NCBI GenBank assembly: GCA_043766295.1
Contig: JAYUIF010000332.1
Location: forward strand, 1 to 42,010
Direction: 5' to 3'
DNA: 42,010 nucleotides
Origin: Spartobacteria bacterium
GTDB lineage: Bacteria > Verrucomicrobiota > Verrucomicrobiia > Chthoniobacterales > Chthoniobacteraceae
Shown here: positions 33,951-42,010 of the stretch, piece after piece
Layout: each line of letters starts with the position of its first letter
How positions within the stretch are numbered: the first letter of the stretch is position 1
Translations under genes and position numbers: made by a program
Notes under the pieces: generated by a model
The model's input: the letters and a program-made list of their open reading frames with translations, nothing else
Told to the model about the DNA's origin: nothing
Databases searched by the model: none

Positions 33951-35003
33951 ATGACAGACAACGAACGCCACGTCGCCCGCCGCACCGCGCTCATTTTTGC
34001 CGGCATCATTCTCGCCTTTCTCGGCGCGACGCTCGCGTGGCTGTATCCCGAAGTGAAACGCATCGTGCGTGAGCGCAAACAACGGCAGGCGGAAAATGCA
34101 CGGGGCACGGAAATGGTGCCGGTGCCGGGCGGTTCATTCACGATGGGAGCCAACGACGGCGCTCCCGACGAAAGGCCGCTGCACGATGTGCGCGTGAATC
34201 AATTTCTGATGGACAAGACCGAGGTGACGAACGGGCAGTTCGCGCAATTCGTCGCCGCAACAAACTATGTGACGACTGCGGAGCGCACGCCCGCTGGCGC
34301 GGAAAAACTCCCGCCCGATCCGCGTGAGCCGGGCTCGTGGTGTTTTCGTTTTTCGCCGGAGATAAAAGCGAGTGCTCGCCGCCCGTGGGCGCGCTGGGTG
34401 TCCGGTGCAAATTGGCGACAGCCGGACGGGGCGGGATCGAACATCGAAGGACGCGCGAAATTTCCCGTCGTCCACGTGAGTTGGGATGATGCGACTGCGT
34501 TTGCGAAATGGGCGGGCAAACGTCTGCCCACCGAGGCCGAGTGGGAGTGCGCTGCGCGTGGCGCTGTGGTGCTCGCGCATTTCCCGTGGGGCATGGATGC
34601 GTGCCCCGATGGACGCTGGCGTGCCAACGTGTGGCAGGGCGATTTCCCTACGAAGGACGACGCGCTCGATGGCTTTGCAGGGCTCGCGCCGGTGGGCAGC
34701 TACCCGCTGAATAATTTTGGCATCTCCGATCTTGCAGGCAACGCAGCGGAGTGGTGCGCGGATTGGTTTGCCGCCGATTACTACGCGGAGTTGCGCCCGA
34801 ACCCCGACAGGGCCGCGCACAAAAATCCGGCCGGCCCCGATGTGAGCAACGACCCGACGGAGCCCGGCGTGTGGAAGCGCGTGGTGCGCGGCGGCTCGTG
34901 GCTCAGCACGGACGCGGAGTTTCGCGTCGCCACGCGCGGACGTGAAGAGCCCGGATTTTCTGCTGGGTGGATTGGGTTTCGCTGCGCGAAAGACGAGCAA
35001 TGA
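33951..35003 (+). CDS. FGE/SUMF1-EgtB-PvdO-family paralogue, N-terminally membrane-anchored, lacking the catalytic Cys pair
   Basis: The TM helix is ALIFAGIILAFLGATLAWLY. FTMGANDGAPDERPLHDV and LPTEAEWECAARG are present. RGGSWLSTDAEFRVATRG has no Cys where the FGE has CSDSYC. Confidence 0.8.
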   Translation: MTDNERHVARRTALIFAGIILAFLGATLAWLYPEVKRIVRERKQRQAENARGTEMVPVPGGSFTMGANDGAPDERPLHDVRVNQFLMDKTEVTNGQFAQFVAATNYVTTAERTPAGAEKLPPDPREPGSWCFRFSPEIKASARRPWARWVSGANWRQPDGAGSNIEGRAKFPVVHVSWDDATAFAKWAGKRLPTEAEWECAARGAVVLAHFPWGMDACPDGRWRANVWQGDFPTKDDALDGFAGLAPVGSYPLNNFGISDLAGNAAEWCADWFAADYYAELRPNPDRAAHKNPAGPDVSNDPTEPGVWKRVVRGGSWLSTDAEFRVATRGREEPGFSAGWIGFRCAKDEQ

Positions 35004-36718
35004 ACGCGATGCACCCGGTGCTGAAACGATGGCTCCCACGGCTCGGCTTGCTCGCGCTGCTCGTGCTCACTTTCGCCGCACGCTGCTACAATAGCGCGAA
35101 CGTTTTTCACTCGGACGGACGCATCTATTTTCTCGAAGGCGACTGCTACTCGCGCATGACGCGCGTGAAAATGGTTTGCGAAGGACAGTGGACGATACGG
35201 CATCACGATTTCGAGAACTGGCCGCAGGGCACGACGCCGCACACGACCGCGCCCTTCGACTGGCTCATCGCGGGGCTGAAATGCGTGACCGATTTTGGAA
35301 TGCGGATTGTGGATTGGAAGGGCGAAAGCCGGATGCACGGGCAGTCGCTCGATCTCGCCGGTGCGCTGATTTCCCCGCTGCTCGCCGTGGCGACGGCGCT
35401 CTGGCTCTGGTGCTGGGCGGGATGGATGCGGCTGCCGTTCCGCCCGCTGATGCTGCTGTTTTTTGCACTGAGTCCGATACTCGTGCAGGGGATGGAACTC
35501 GGGCGACCTGATCATCAATCGCTGCTCATCTTCCTGCTCGCCGTGGCTGTGTGCGCGGAACTTGCGCTGGCCGATCTGGGGACGCCCGCACGACTCGCGA
35601 AGCGTTGGGCGATTCTTGCGGGCATCGCGTGGGGAGTCGCGCTTTGGGTTTCGCTTTATGAGCCGCTGCTGTTTTTCGCAGGCGCGGTGGGTCGTCATCT
35701 TTTATTTAATCGCACCGCACTCATCGCGCGGGCCGTGCGAGGGAGATGGATTGCGCTCGGCGCTGTGGTGCTGCTCGCGCTGTTGCTCGATGACTGGCGG
35801 ATTTCACTGCCGGACGCCACGCTGCGCGCACACTTCGCCGCATGGAGCCGGACGATCAGTGAACTGATGTCCCTCGATTTGCGCGAAAGGCGTGTGTGGT
35901 TTTGGTTTGGCGCGCTGTGGATTTTTGCGCCGGTCGCACTGTGGTTTGCAGGCCGCATGGACTCGCGATCTAGGGGACTCCTGCTGCTCGTGCTCACGAT
36001 GCTCTGCCTCACAGTCTGGCAGATTCGCTGGGGCTACTACCTCGCGCTCGCGCTCACCGTTTCACTGCCGTGGCAGCTCGCCGCATTGCGACTTCGCTGG
36101 GCGGGCTGGACTGCTGGTATCGTGGCGATGCTACCGCTCCTTTTCGCATGGTCGGGAATGTTGCACCCAAGCGAAGACGAACGCGAACTGCGCGAGTGGC
36201 GACGCTCCGTGCAGGACGAATGGCGCAGGGTCGCGGCGTCCATGAGCGAGCCGGGTGCTTTCCTCGCTCCGTGGTGGGCATCGCCACAGATTGCATATTG
36301 GTCCGGCCAGCCGGGTGTTTCCGGAACGAGCCACCAAAGCCTCCCCGGCATCCTCGACAGTGCGCGATTTTTTCTGACGGACAAACCCGCCGAAGCCGCC
36401 GCGATCCTGCGCGAAAGAAATGTGCGCTACGTGCTGCTCGATGACCTTTCGCACACGAGCACCAACCTCTCCGAACTGCTCATGGTGAGCAATTCAGCGA
36501 AAATTCTGGAGCGCACAGCACCGCTTGAGCCGATGGCCAAAGTGCTCACGGAAAGCCCGCGCCTCGCCCCGCCATTTCTGCGCTACGTCACACCGGCGGA
36601 GCGCGGGCTGGTTCACACGATGGGCCGTGTGAAAGACGGAAAATTCGCGGCGACCAGCGTGCAATTATTCGAGCCGCAGTATCATCAAATCTACCTCGTC
36701 CTACCCGACAAACTATGA
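35000..36718 (+). CDS. Polytopic GT-C-fold membrane protein resembling STT3/AglB/PglB oligosaccharyltransferases, with a degenerate WWDYG motif
   Basis: About 11-13 TM helices precede a C-terminal soluble domain. FLEGDCYSRMTRV and WPQGTTPHTTAPFDW fit the first-loop acidic motif region. GRPDHQS resembles the second DxD/DxH motif. APWWASPQIAYWSGQP sits where WWDYG is found. ATGA overlap on both sides. The family call is from motif memory. Confidence 0.5.
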   Translation: MNAMHPVLKRWLPRLGLLALLVLTFAARCYNSANVFHSDGRIYFLEGDCYSRMTRVKMVCEGQWTIRHHDFENWPQGTTPHTTAPFDWLIAGLKCVTDFGMRIVDWKGESRMHGQSLDLAGALISPLLAVATALWLWCWAGWMRLPFRPLMLLFFALSPILVQGMELGRPDHQSLLIFLLAVAVCAELALADLGTPARLAKRWAILAGIAWGVALWVSLYEPLLFFAGAVGRHLLFNRTALIARAVRGRWIALGAVVLLALLLDDWRISLPDATLRAHFAAWSRTISELMSLDLRERRVWFWFGALWIFAPVALWFAGRMDSRSRGLLLLVLTMLCLTVWQIRWGYYLALALTVSLPWQLAALRLRWAGWTAGIVAMLPLLFAWSGMLHPSEDERELREWRRSVQDEWRRVAASMSEPGAFLAPWWASPQIAYWSGQPGVSGTSHQSLPGILDSARFFLTDKPAEAAAILRERNVRYVLLDDLSHTSTNLSELLMVSNSAKILERTAPLEPMAKVLTESPRLAPPFLRYVTPAERGLVHTMGRVKDGKFAATSVQLFEPQYHQIYLVLPDKL

Positions 36719-38106
36719 ACTACGATTTCATCATCATCGGCGGCGGCAGCGCGGGCTACGCAGCCGCGCGCACCGCCGTGGCGCTCGGTCTGAAAACTTG
36801 CGTCGTGGACGGCGCGGAGGAACTCGGCGGGCTGTGCATTTTGCGCGGCTGTATGCCGAGCAAGACGCTGCTCGCAACATCCAGCCGCGCCGTGTCCGTG
36901 CGACGCGCCTCGGAATTCGGTCTCCGCGCTGGTAAATTGGAAGTGCGTGGCGACGAAATTCTCGCGCGGAAACGGCGGCTCATTGACGAGTTTGCAGGCT
37001 ACAGACGCGAGCAGTTGGAGCGCGGAAAATTCGATCTCGTCCGTGGATTCGCGCACTTCGTGGATTCCGAAACGATAGACGTCACGCTTCGCAGCGACGG
37101 TGTGCAGCGCATCAAGGGCCGCGCATTTTTGCTCGCGACGGGATCGACGGTCAGCGACGTGCCACTGCCTTCGCTGAAGGACGTGGGTTACTGGACGACC
37201 GACGACGCGCTCGACAGCGCCCATGTGCCGCAATCGCTCATCATCCTCGGCGGCGGCGCGACGACTGTGGAGTTTGCCACTTACTACGCCGGACTCGGGC
37301 GCGACGTGACGATCATCCAACGCAGCGAGCAACTCTTGAAAGGCGCGGACGCAGACGTGGCCGACGCACTCGCACACGGACTTCGCGACAGAGGTGTGAA
37401 AATTTTTACCGGAACGAAGCTGCTCCGCGCCGTATCAGCGGGCGAAAAAAAGCGAATCGTATTCGAGCACGGAGGCGAAAGCGTGTCGGTTGAAGCCGAG
37501 CAAATTATCCATGCGCTTGGTCGCTCACCGATGGTGAATGGGCTCGGATTAGACGCTGCCGGAATCGAACTGACAAAAGGCCGGCCGACGATGCAGCCAA
37601 CGCAGCAAACTTCGCAGCCACACATTTTCGCAGCGGGCGATGTGGCCGGGCCGTTCGAGATTGTTCACATCGCGATTCAGCAAGGTGAGATTGCAGCGCG
37701 CAACGCAGCGCGACTGCTCGCAAAGAACGGCACGATGGAGGAAACGGACTATCGCTTGAAACTCTCGGTGATATTTTCCGATCCAGAAGTCGCTGAATGT
37801 GGCGCGAGCGAGCGCGAACTGCGGGCGGGCGGCACTGCGTTTCGCGTGGCGAAGTATCCTTTCAACGATCACGGAAAATCGCTCTGCATCGGCGAGACGG
37901 ATGGTTTTGTAAAACTGATCGCCGACGAACACGGAGGCGAAATCCTCGGTGGCGCAGTCGTCGGCCCGCACGCTTCGGAACTCATCCACGAGATCGTCGT
38001 GGCCATGCGCTTCCGGGCCACTGCGCGACAGCTCGCAGAAATCCCCCATTACCATCCCACCTTGAGTGAAATCTGGACGTATCCGGCGGAGGAACTGGCC
38101 GGGTAG
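36715..38106 (+). CDS. Class I pyridine nucleotide-disulfide oxidoreductase (lipoamide dehydrogenase/glutathione reductase/MerA-like)
   Basis: DFIIIGGGSAGYAAA binds FAD. GGLCILRGCMPSK carries the redox CxxxxC. LIILGGGATTVEFA binds NAD(P). FAAGDV and the C-terminal HYHPTLSE are also present. Confidence 0.85.
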   Translation: MNYDFIIIGGGSAGYAAARTAVALGLKTCVVDGAEELGGLCILRGCMPSKTLLATSSRAVSVRRASEFGLRAGKLEVRGDEILARKRRLIDEFAGYRREQLERGKFDLVRGFAHFVDSETIDVTLRSDGVQRIKGRAFLLATGSTVSDVPLPSLKDVGYWTTDDALDSAHVPQSLIILGGGATTVEFATYYAGLGRDVTIIQRSEQLLKGADADVADALAHGLRDRGVKIFTGTKLLRAVSAGEKKRIVFEHGGESVSVEAEQIIHALGRSPMVNGLGLDAAGIELTKGRPTMQPTQQTSQPHIFAAGDVAGPFEIVHIAIQQGEIAARNAARLLAKNGTMEETDYRLKLSVIFSDPEVAECGASERELRAGGTAFRVAKYPFNDHGKSLCIGETDGFVKLIADEHGGEILGGAVVGPHASELIHEIVVAMRFRATARQLAEIPHYHPTLSEIWTYPAEELAG

Positions 38107-38137
38107 CCGGATTATTTCGTTTCGCCCGCCCAAGGCG

Positions 38138-38166
38138 TTGACACACCACGGCTCGAACCCATACTT
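38138..38166 (+). promoter_or_regulatory. Putative sigma70-type promoter for the bactofilin genes
   Basis: TTGACA (38138-38143), a 17-nt spacer, then ATACTT (38161-38166). It lies 58 nt upstream of the ATG at 38224. Confidence 0.4.
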
Positions 38167-38223
38167 GCGAACGTCGTCGGCGTGCGCCGGCACAGAAATT
38201 CAACCTCAACTACACAAGCACCC

Positions 38224-38628
38224 ATGCCAGAAATCACCACCAATACTAAGAACATCCTCAGCAGCGACGTCGAAATCAAAGGCTCCATCAAGTTCCAGAA
38301 CGAACTGATGATTGACGGAAAAATCGAAGGCGAAATCACCTCAGCCGGCACGCTCACCGTTGGAGAAAACGCCGAGATCAAAGGGGAGATCAAAACCAAA
38401 TCCGTCACCGTGCTCGGCAAAGTGCATGGCAACATCACCGTCGAAGAACGCTGCGAGCTGAAGTCGCACGCCGTGCTTTACGGCGATCTGAAAGCGACGC
38501 GCCTCGTCATTGAAGACGGCGCGACGTTTGTCGGAAAATCCGAAGTGACGCCGAACAAAGTCGCCATGCGTCAGCCCGAAATTCTTCGCGCGCCTGACCG
38601 CACCGGCACCGGCGGCGTCCAGCGATAA
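38224..38628 (+). CDS. Bactofilin (DUF583) cytoskeletal protein
   Basis: It shows the characteristic beta-helix repeat pattern: VEIKGSIKFQNELMIDGKIEGEITSAGTLTVGENAEIKGEIKTKSVTVLGKVHGNITVEERCELKSHAVLYGDLKATRLVIEDGATFVG. Confidence 0.9.
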   Translation: MPEITTNTKNILSSDVEIKGSIKFQNELMIDGKIEGEITSAGTLTVGENAEIKGEIKTKSVTVLGKVHGNITVEERCELKSHAVLYGDLKATRLVIEDGATFVGKSEVTPNKVAMRQPEILRAPDRTGTGGVQR

Positions 38629-38750
38629 GCGGCAGACGCCGACAGCGCATTTCACAACAACGCGTCGCGCGGGCTCCGCTCCCAGCCTGCGCGGCGCGTG
38701 TGTGTTTCACTGCTTCCGTGGCAAAGAACGTCCGTAAACAAACTGAGAAG

Positions 38751-39518
38751 ATGGCATCCCTGTGCCCGCATTGCGGGTTCACACAGGAGGAGTCCGTCTC
38801 TGCGAAGACGACGTTTTGCCGTAAGTGTCAGCAGCATTATTCGCTGGAGCGCCCGCTCGCTGGAGAGCGCAGCATCATCAAGGAGCCGGGGCTTTTCTCG
38901 AAGCTTTCGCGGATGATCGTGGGCGACAAACAGCGCGAAGTGTCGTGTTTTTCCTGCACCCACAAACAGGTGCTCAGCACCGCCGCGCAGAGCACGATGT
39001 GCCCCGGTTGCGGTGCGTATATTGATCTGCGCGATTTCAAAATCACCGGCCCGTTTGGCCGCAGTGTGCAGACCGCCGGCGAAGTCCAGCTCGGGCCGCG
39101 CGGGGACATCACGAGCACGCGCCTCATGTGCGGCTCGGCTTTCCTCGAAGGCAGTCTGCGCGGGTGCATCGTCTGCACCGGCACGGCGACGTTGCGCATG
39201 ACGGGCCGTATGCCCGGCCTGCTCGAAGCTGAGCACGTCCTCGTGGACAAAAAGGGCGACATCGAATTTGTGCGCCTGCTGAAGACGAAACTTTTCGAGC
39301 TGAACGGCAAGGCGCGAGCGCGCGTCATCGCGGACAAAGTCGTGATCAACAAAGGCGGCTGGCTCGAAGGAACCGTCTATGCGCGCTCCATCGTGGTGGA
39401 CAAAGGCGGCATCTTCACCGGCGATCTGAATATCGGCCAGGACTTCAAAGACGTTCCCGAAGAACCGCCAATCGAGACGGATCGAAATCTCGCGCGCTTC
39501 GAGGAAGATGGCGCGTAA
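38751..39518 (+). CDS. Bactofilin-domain protein with two N-terminal zinc-ribbon motifs
   Basis: The Cys pairs are CPHCGF...CRKCQ and CFSCTH...CPGCG. A bactofilin-like repeat region follows (VQTAGEVQLGPRGDITSTRLMCGSAFLEGSLRGCIVCTGTATL...VVINKGGWLEGTVYARSIVVDKGGIFTGDL). The start was chosen at ATG 38751. Confidence 0.7.
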   Translation: MASLCPHCGFTQEESVSAKTTFCRKCQQHYSLERPLAGERSIIKEPGLFSKLSRMIVGDKQREVSCFSCTHKQVLSTAAQSTMCPGCGAYIDLRDFKITGPFGRSVQTAGEVQLGPRGDITSTRLMCGSAFLEGSLRGCIVCTGTATLRMTGRMPGLLEAEHVLVDKKGDIEFVRLLKTKLFELNGKARARVIADKVVINKGGWLEGTVYARSIVVDKGGIFTGDLNIGQDFKDVPEEPPIETDRNLARFEEDGA

Positions 39519-39594
39519 TTTTCGGACGACGATTTGTCCGCGTTTCCTCCTCCGCCTCAAAGAATCCCAGCGGCGCTGGAATCATCGCGCCCCG

Positions 39595-40266
39595 TCATTT
39601 CCCCGCTTCAAGCGCAGGCCGGATCAGCTTTGCGCGAACAGCATATTGCTCCGCGCTCGGATGCAATTTATCGGCGATGTAAAACTCAGCGCGCGGTAGG
39701 CCATCGTCGCCGATGCACGCCGACCAAATGTCCACAAACGCCATGTTTTTCTGCGTAGCGATAAAGTCGCGCACGAGCGCATTCGACTGCTGCTGTTTTT
39801 CGCGCTGCTCCCAACGCGCCAGGCTCGGCCCCTGCCCGATATAGACGAGCCGCACATCGGGCAACGCCGCACGCACCTTCGTCACCCACGCTTGGAAATC
39901 CGCCAGCACCCGCTCGGGCGATTTACCCGCATTGATGTCATTGCCGCCCGCCTGAATGGCCACTGTTTTCGGATGATACGGAATGACGATCCGCTCGGCG
40001 AAATACACGGAATCCTCCATCTGCGATCCGCCATACGCACGGTTGAGCACGGTCAGTCCTGGGAAATCCTGCGCCAGCGTCTTCCACAGCCGGATGCCCG
40101 ATGCGCCCGTGAAAACAATCGCGCCCTGCGGTGGCGCGCTCACCTTATCCGCCGCCTCATAAGCCGCGATCTCATTTTCAAAACGATGAGCCACCGGCGG
40201 CTCCGCACCCGCACTAAAAGTGAACGCGGAAAGCGCGAGGAAAGCGGCGAGGATGAATTTTTGCAT
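39595..40266 (-). CDS. Secreted SGNH/GDSL-family hydrolase (acetylesterase-like)
   Basis: The signal peptide is MQKFILAAFLALSAFTFSAGA. Block I is IVFTGASGIRLW, block II NRAYGGS, block III IQAGGNDI and block V DKLHPS. Confidence 0.7.
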   Translation of the reverse strand: MQKFILAAFLALSAFTFSAGAEPPVAHRFENEIAAYEAADKVSAPPQGAIVFTGASGIRLWKTLAQDFPGLTVLNRAYGGSQMEDSVYFAERIVIPYHPKTVAIQAGGNDINAGKSPERVLADFQAWVTKVRAALPDVRLVYIGQGPSLARWEQREKQQQSNALVRDFIATQKNMAFVDIWSACIGDDGLPRAEFYIADKLHPSAEQYAVRAKLIRPALEAGK

Positions 40267-40350
40267 AGTGGATTTGATCCGGAAGGACTTCAGCCAATGC
40301 CTCATTCACCTGCGAAACAAGGCTGCATTTCCAAGCCGCTGCGTTTGCCT

Positions 40351-40668
40351 TCAATTCAAGTTCCCATTTTTGATCAGAGCCAGTTTCACAACAATCGGCC
40401 TGGGTTGGCTGGGATCAATCCACTCGACGCTTACGTAACCCGGCTTCGTAATCGCCAGCCACTTTGTCTGATGCACCGAGCGTGGAATCTGCGCTTCTCC
40501 TTTGGCGTTGGTGATAGTGAATCCCCCGCCAATGGAGAGCGATGTGCCTGTAACCTGCGCTCCTTCGATGGGCTTGCCGCTTTGATCGGTCACGATGACA
40601 TCCGGCCCTGCACATCCGACAAACAGTAACATCGAAAATAACCCAGCTAGTCTGATGGCAATTTGCAT
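40351..40668 (-). CDS. Small lipoprotein with a carboxypeptidase-regulatory-like beta-sandwich region
   Basis: The lipobox is LLFVGC. VIVTDQSGKPIEGAQVTG...TNAKGEAQIP follows. Confidence 0.5.
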   Translation of the reverse strand: MQIAIRLAGLFSMLLFVGCAGPDVIVTDQSGKPIEGAQVTGTSLSIGGGFTITNAKGEAQIPRSVHQTKWLAITKPGYVSVEWIDPSQPRPIVVKLALIKNGNLN

Positions 40669-40678
40669 GGCTGGTTTC

Positions 40679-40948
40679 CTAGCAGCAGGTGAGCGGGACG
40701 AACAATGAGATTATCGCATCGCGGAATGGCTCGCCGTCGGCTGCCGTGTAGATGTCCTGCGCTGGGTCGGCGAGGAACGCGAAAGCATCACTGGACGCCG
40801 TTGCACGAAGCCAAGCATCCTCGGAATCCGCGTCGGATGTGGAAGGAAGCAGCGTCACCATGAGGCTGGCGTTGGCGGGCAGTTCATACGGCTCATCGAG
40901 AACGATGTGTTCGCCGTCGTAATGGGCTTGAAGTGCGACCGTAGGCAT
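40679..40948 (-). CDS. Small acidic protein with an antitoxin-like (DUF104-like) N-terminus
   Basis: [31 protein letters not shown] resembles the N-terminal pattern of small antitoxins. It lies 10 nt upstream of the lipoprotein gene. No toxin partner was seen. Confidence 0.3.
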   Translation of the reverse strand: MPTVALQAHYDGEHIVLDEPYELPANASLMVTLLPSTSDADSEDAWLRATASSDAFAFLADPAQDIYTAADGEPFRDAIISLFVPLTCC

Positions 40949-41147
40949 ATTCGAGACGATACCGAGCGTTCCAATTCACGGCAAGTGCCTAGAAGCGCCC
41001 ACATTTTGCAGGTATGGATCCGATGGACGACATGGACAGAATGGACGCCCAACGCACCGCCAGTCACCAACATCTGTGTGTGTTTTTCCAATGGCTGCTT
41101 GCCGTGCGCGGGGCGGCCCGCTACGCAGCGCGGCTCTTCTTTCACGA

Positions 41148-42010
41148 ATGAACATCCACGAATACCAAGCTCGCGAACTTTTTGGAAAATACGGCGTCGC
41201 CACCCAGCCGGGGCGCGTCGCCAGCACACCGGAGGAGGCGGAGAAAGTGGCCATCAATCTCGGCACGAAGCAGCTCATCGTGAAGGCGCAAATCCATGCG
41301 GGCGGACGCGGCAAGGGGACTTTCAAAAACGGATTCAAGGGCGGCGTGCATGTGTGTGCTTCGCCCGCCGAGGCGCGCGACATCGCGGGCAAAATGCTCG
41401 GGCAGGTGCTGGTGACACATCAGACGGGAGCGGAGGGAAAGCTGGTGGGGAAAATTTTTGTCGGCGAGGCGGTGGACATCGCGCGGGAGTTGTATTTTGC
41501 CGTGCTGCACGACCGCGCAACGAGCGGCTACACGATCATCGCGAGCACCGAGGGCGGCGTGAACATCGAGGAAGTCGCCGAGCACACGCCGGAGAAAATC
41601 GTGAAGGTGGCGGTGAGTCCCGCGCTCGGTTTGCAGGCGTATCAAAGCCGCAATCTCGCCACCGCACTCGGTCTGCGCGGGCCGCTGATCAACCAAGCGG
41701 TGAAGCTTTTTGGAAATCTGTTCACGCTCTTCGTGAAATGCGATTGCTCGATGGTGGAAGTGAACCCGCTCGTGGTGACGAAGGACGGACGCCTCATGGC
41801 GCTCGATGCGAAATTTAACTTCGACGACAACGCGCTCTACCGTCAGCCCGACGTGGTGGCGATGCGCGACAAGACGGAGGAAGACCCGCGCGAAGTGGCG
41901 GCATCGGAATTTAACCTCAACTACATCGGCCTCGACGGAAACATCGCCTGCCTCGTGAACGGCGCGGGCCTCGCGATGGCGACGATGGACATCATCCAGC
42001 ACTACGGCGG
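41148..42010 (+). CDS. sucC: Succinyl-CoA synthetase beta subunit (3' end outside the window)
   Basis: [50 protein letters not shown] and [18 protein letters not shown] are present. The frame is open to the window edge, so it is absent from the ORF track. The antisense 286-aa ORF is rejected. Confidence 0.95.
   Translation, partial: MNIHEYQARELFGKYGVATQPGRVASTPEEAEKVAINLGTKQLIVKAQIHAGGRGKGTFKNGFKGGVHVCASPAEARDIAGKMLGQVLVTHQTGAEGKLVGKIFVGEAVDIARELYFAVLHDRATSGYTIIASTEGGVNIEEVAEHTPEKIVKVAVSPALGLQAYQSRNLATALGLRGPLINQAVKLFGNLFTLFVKCDCSMVEVNPLVVTKDGRLMALDAKFNFDDNALYRQPDVVAMRDKTEEDPREVAASEFNLNYIGLDGNIACLVNGAGLAMATMDIIQHYG

Noticed and set aside
38652-39560. 302-aa minus-strand ORF
   Set aside because: It is antisense to the zinc-ribbon bactofilin gene, whose repeat pattern and Cys pairs are convincing.
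41142-42002. 286-aa minus-strand ORF and the 303-aa plus-strand ORF at 40907-41818
   Set aside because: A third frame (plus strand, ATG 41148) encodes an unmistakable SucC N-terminus that stays open to the window edge. The listed ORFs are out-of-frame or antisense artefacts.
1-42010. CRISPR arrays, rRNA, transposases, phage genes and known defence-system domains
   Set aside because: I scanned both strands and the ORF translations. No spaced direct-repeat array, DDE/serine/tyrosine recombinase motifs, capsid or terminase motifs, or nuclease/ATPase defence signatures were seen.

Overview
High-GC bacterial chromosome segment. The gene content (a DUF1549/DUF1553 'PSCyt/PSD' protein, FGE-family enzymes, bactofilins, zinc-ribbon/coiled-coil proteins) suggests the PVC superphylum, probably Verrucomicrobiota. 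About 38 protein genes and one tRNA are supported; many long antisense ORFs are GC-driven shadows. No CRISPR array, integrase, transposase, prophage or recognisable defence gene was seen. Main blocks: (1) 0.5-3.5 kb, minus strand: LysR-bioD and two SAM methyltransferases. (2) 3.9-14.7 kb: a tightly packed nitrate-assimilation operon (narK, a PP2C/Ser-Thr kinase fusion, a CysJ-like flavoprotein, NirA). Its NasA-type molybdoenzyme is followed and preceded by parts typical of respiratory complexes: a NarI-like membrane protein, a four-cluster Fe-S subunit and a twin-arginine Rieske protein. This is my best candidate for an undescribed system. (3) 14.8-19 kb: an aldolase, a proline-repeat tail-anchored protein, a zinc-ribbon coiled-coil protein and a secreted protein. 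(4) bioB. (5) 20-25 kb, minus strand: tRNA-Arg(UCU), a large beta-barrel protein and a DUF1549/1553 protein. (6) 25.2-32.7 kb: seven genes with no gap above 3 nt (nrdR, unknown, HIT, ICMT-like, a KAS whose catalytic Cys is Ser, and two histidine kinases). (7) 32.7-38.1 kb: a palindromic repeat element inserted in-frame at the 5' end of an operon encoding an FGE, a Cys-less FGE paralogue, an STT3/AglB-like protein with a degenerate WWDYG motif, and a flavoprotein disulfide reductase. (8) A bactofilin pair, an SGNH hydrolase, small genes and the start of sucC. All family calls rest on motifs read by eye; no searches were run.
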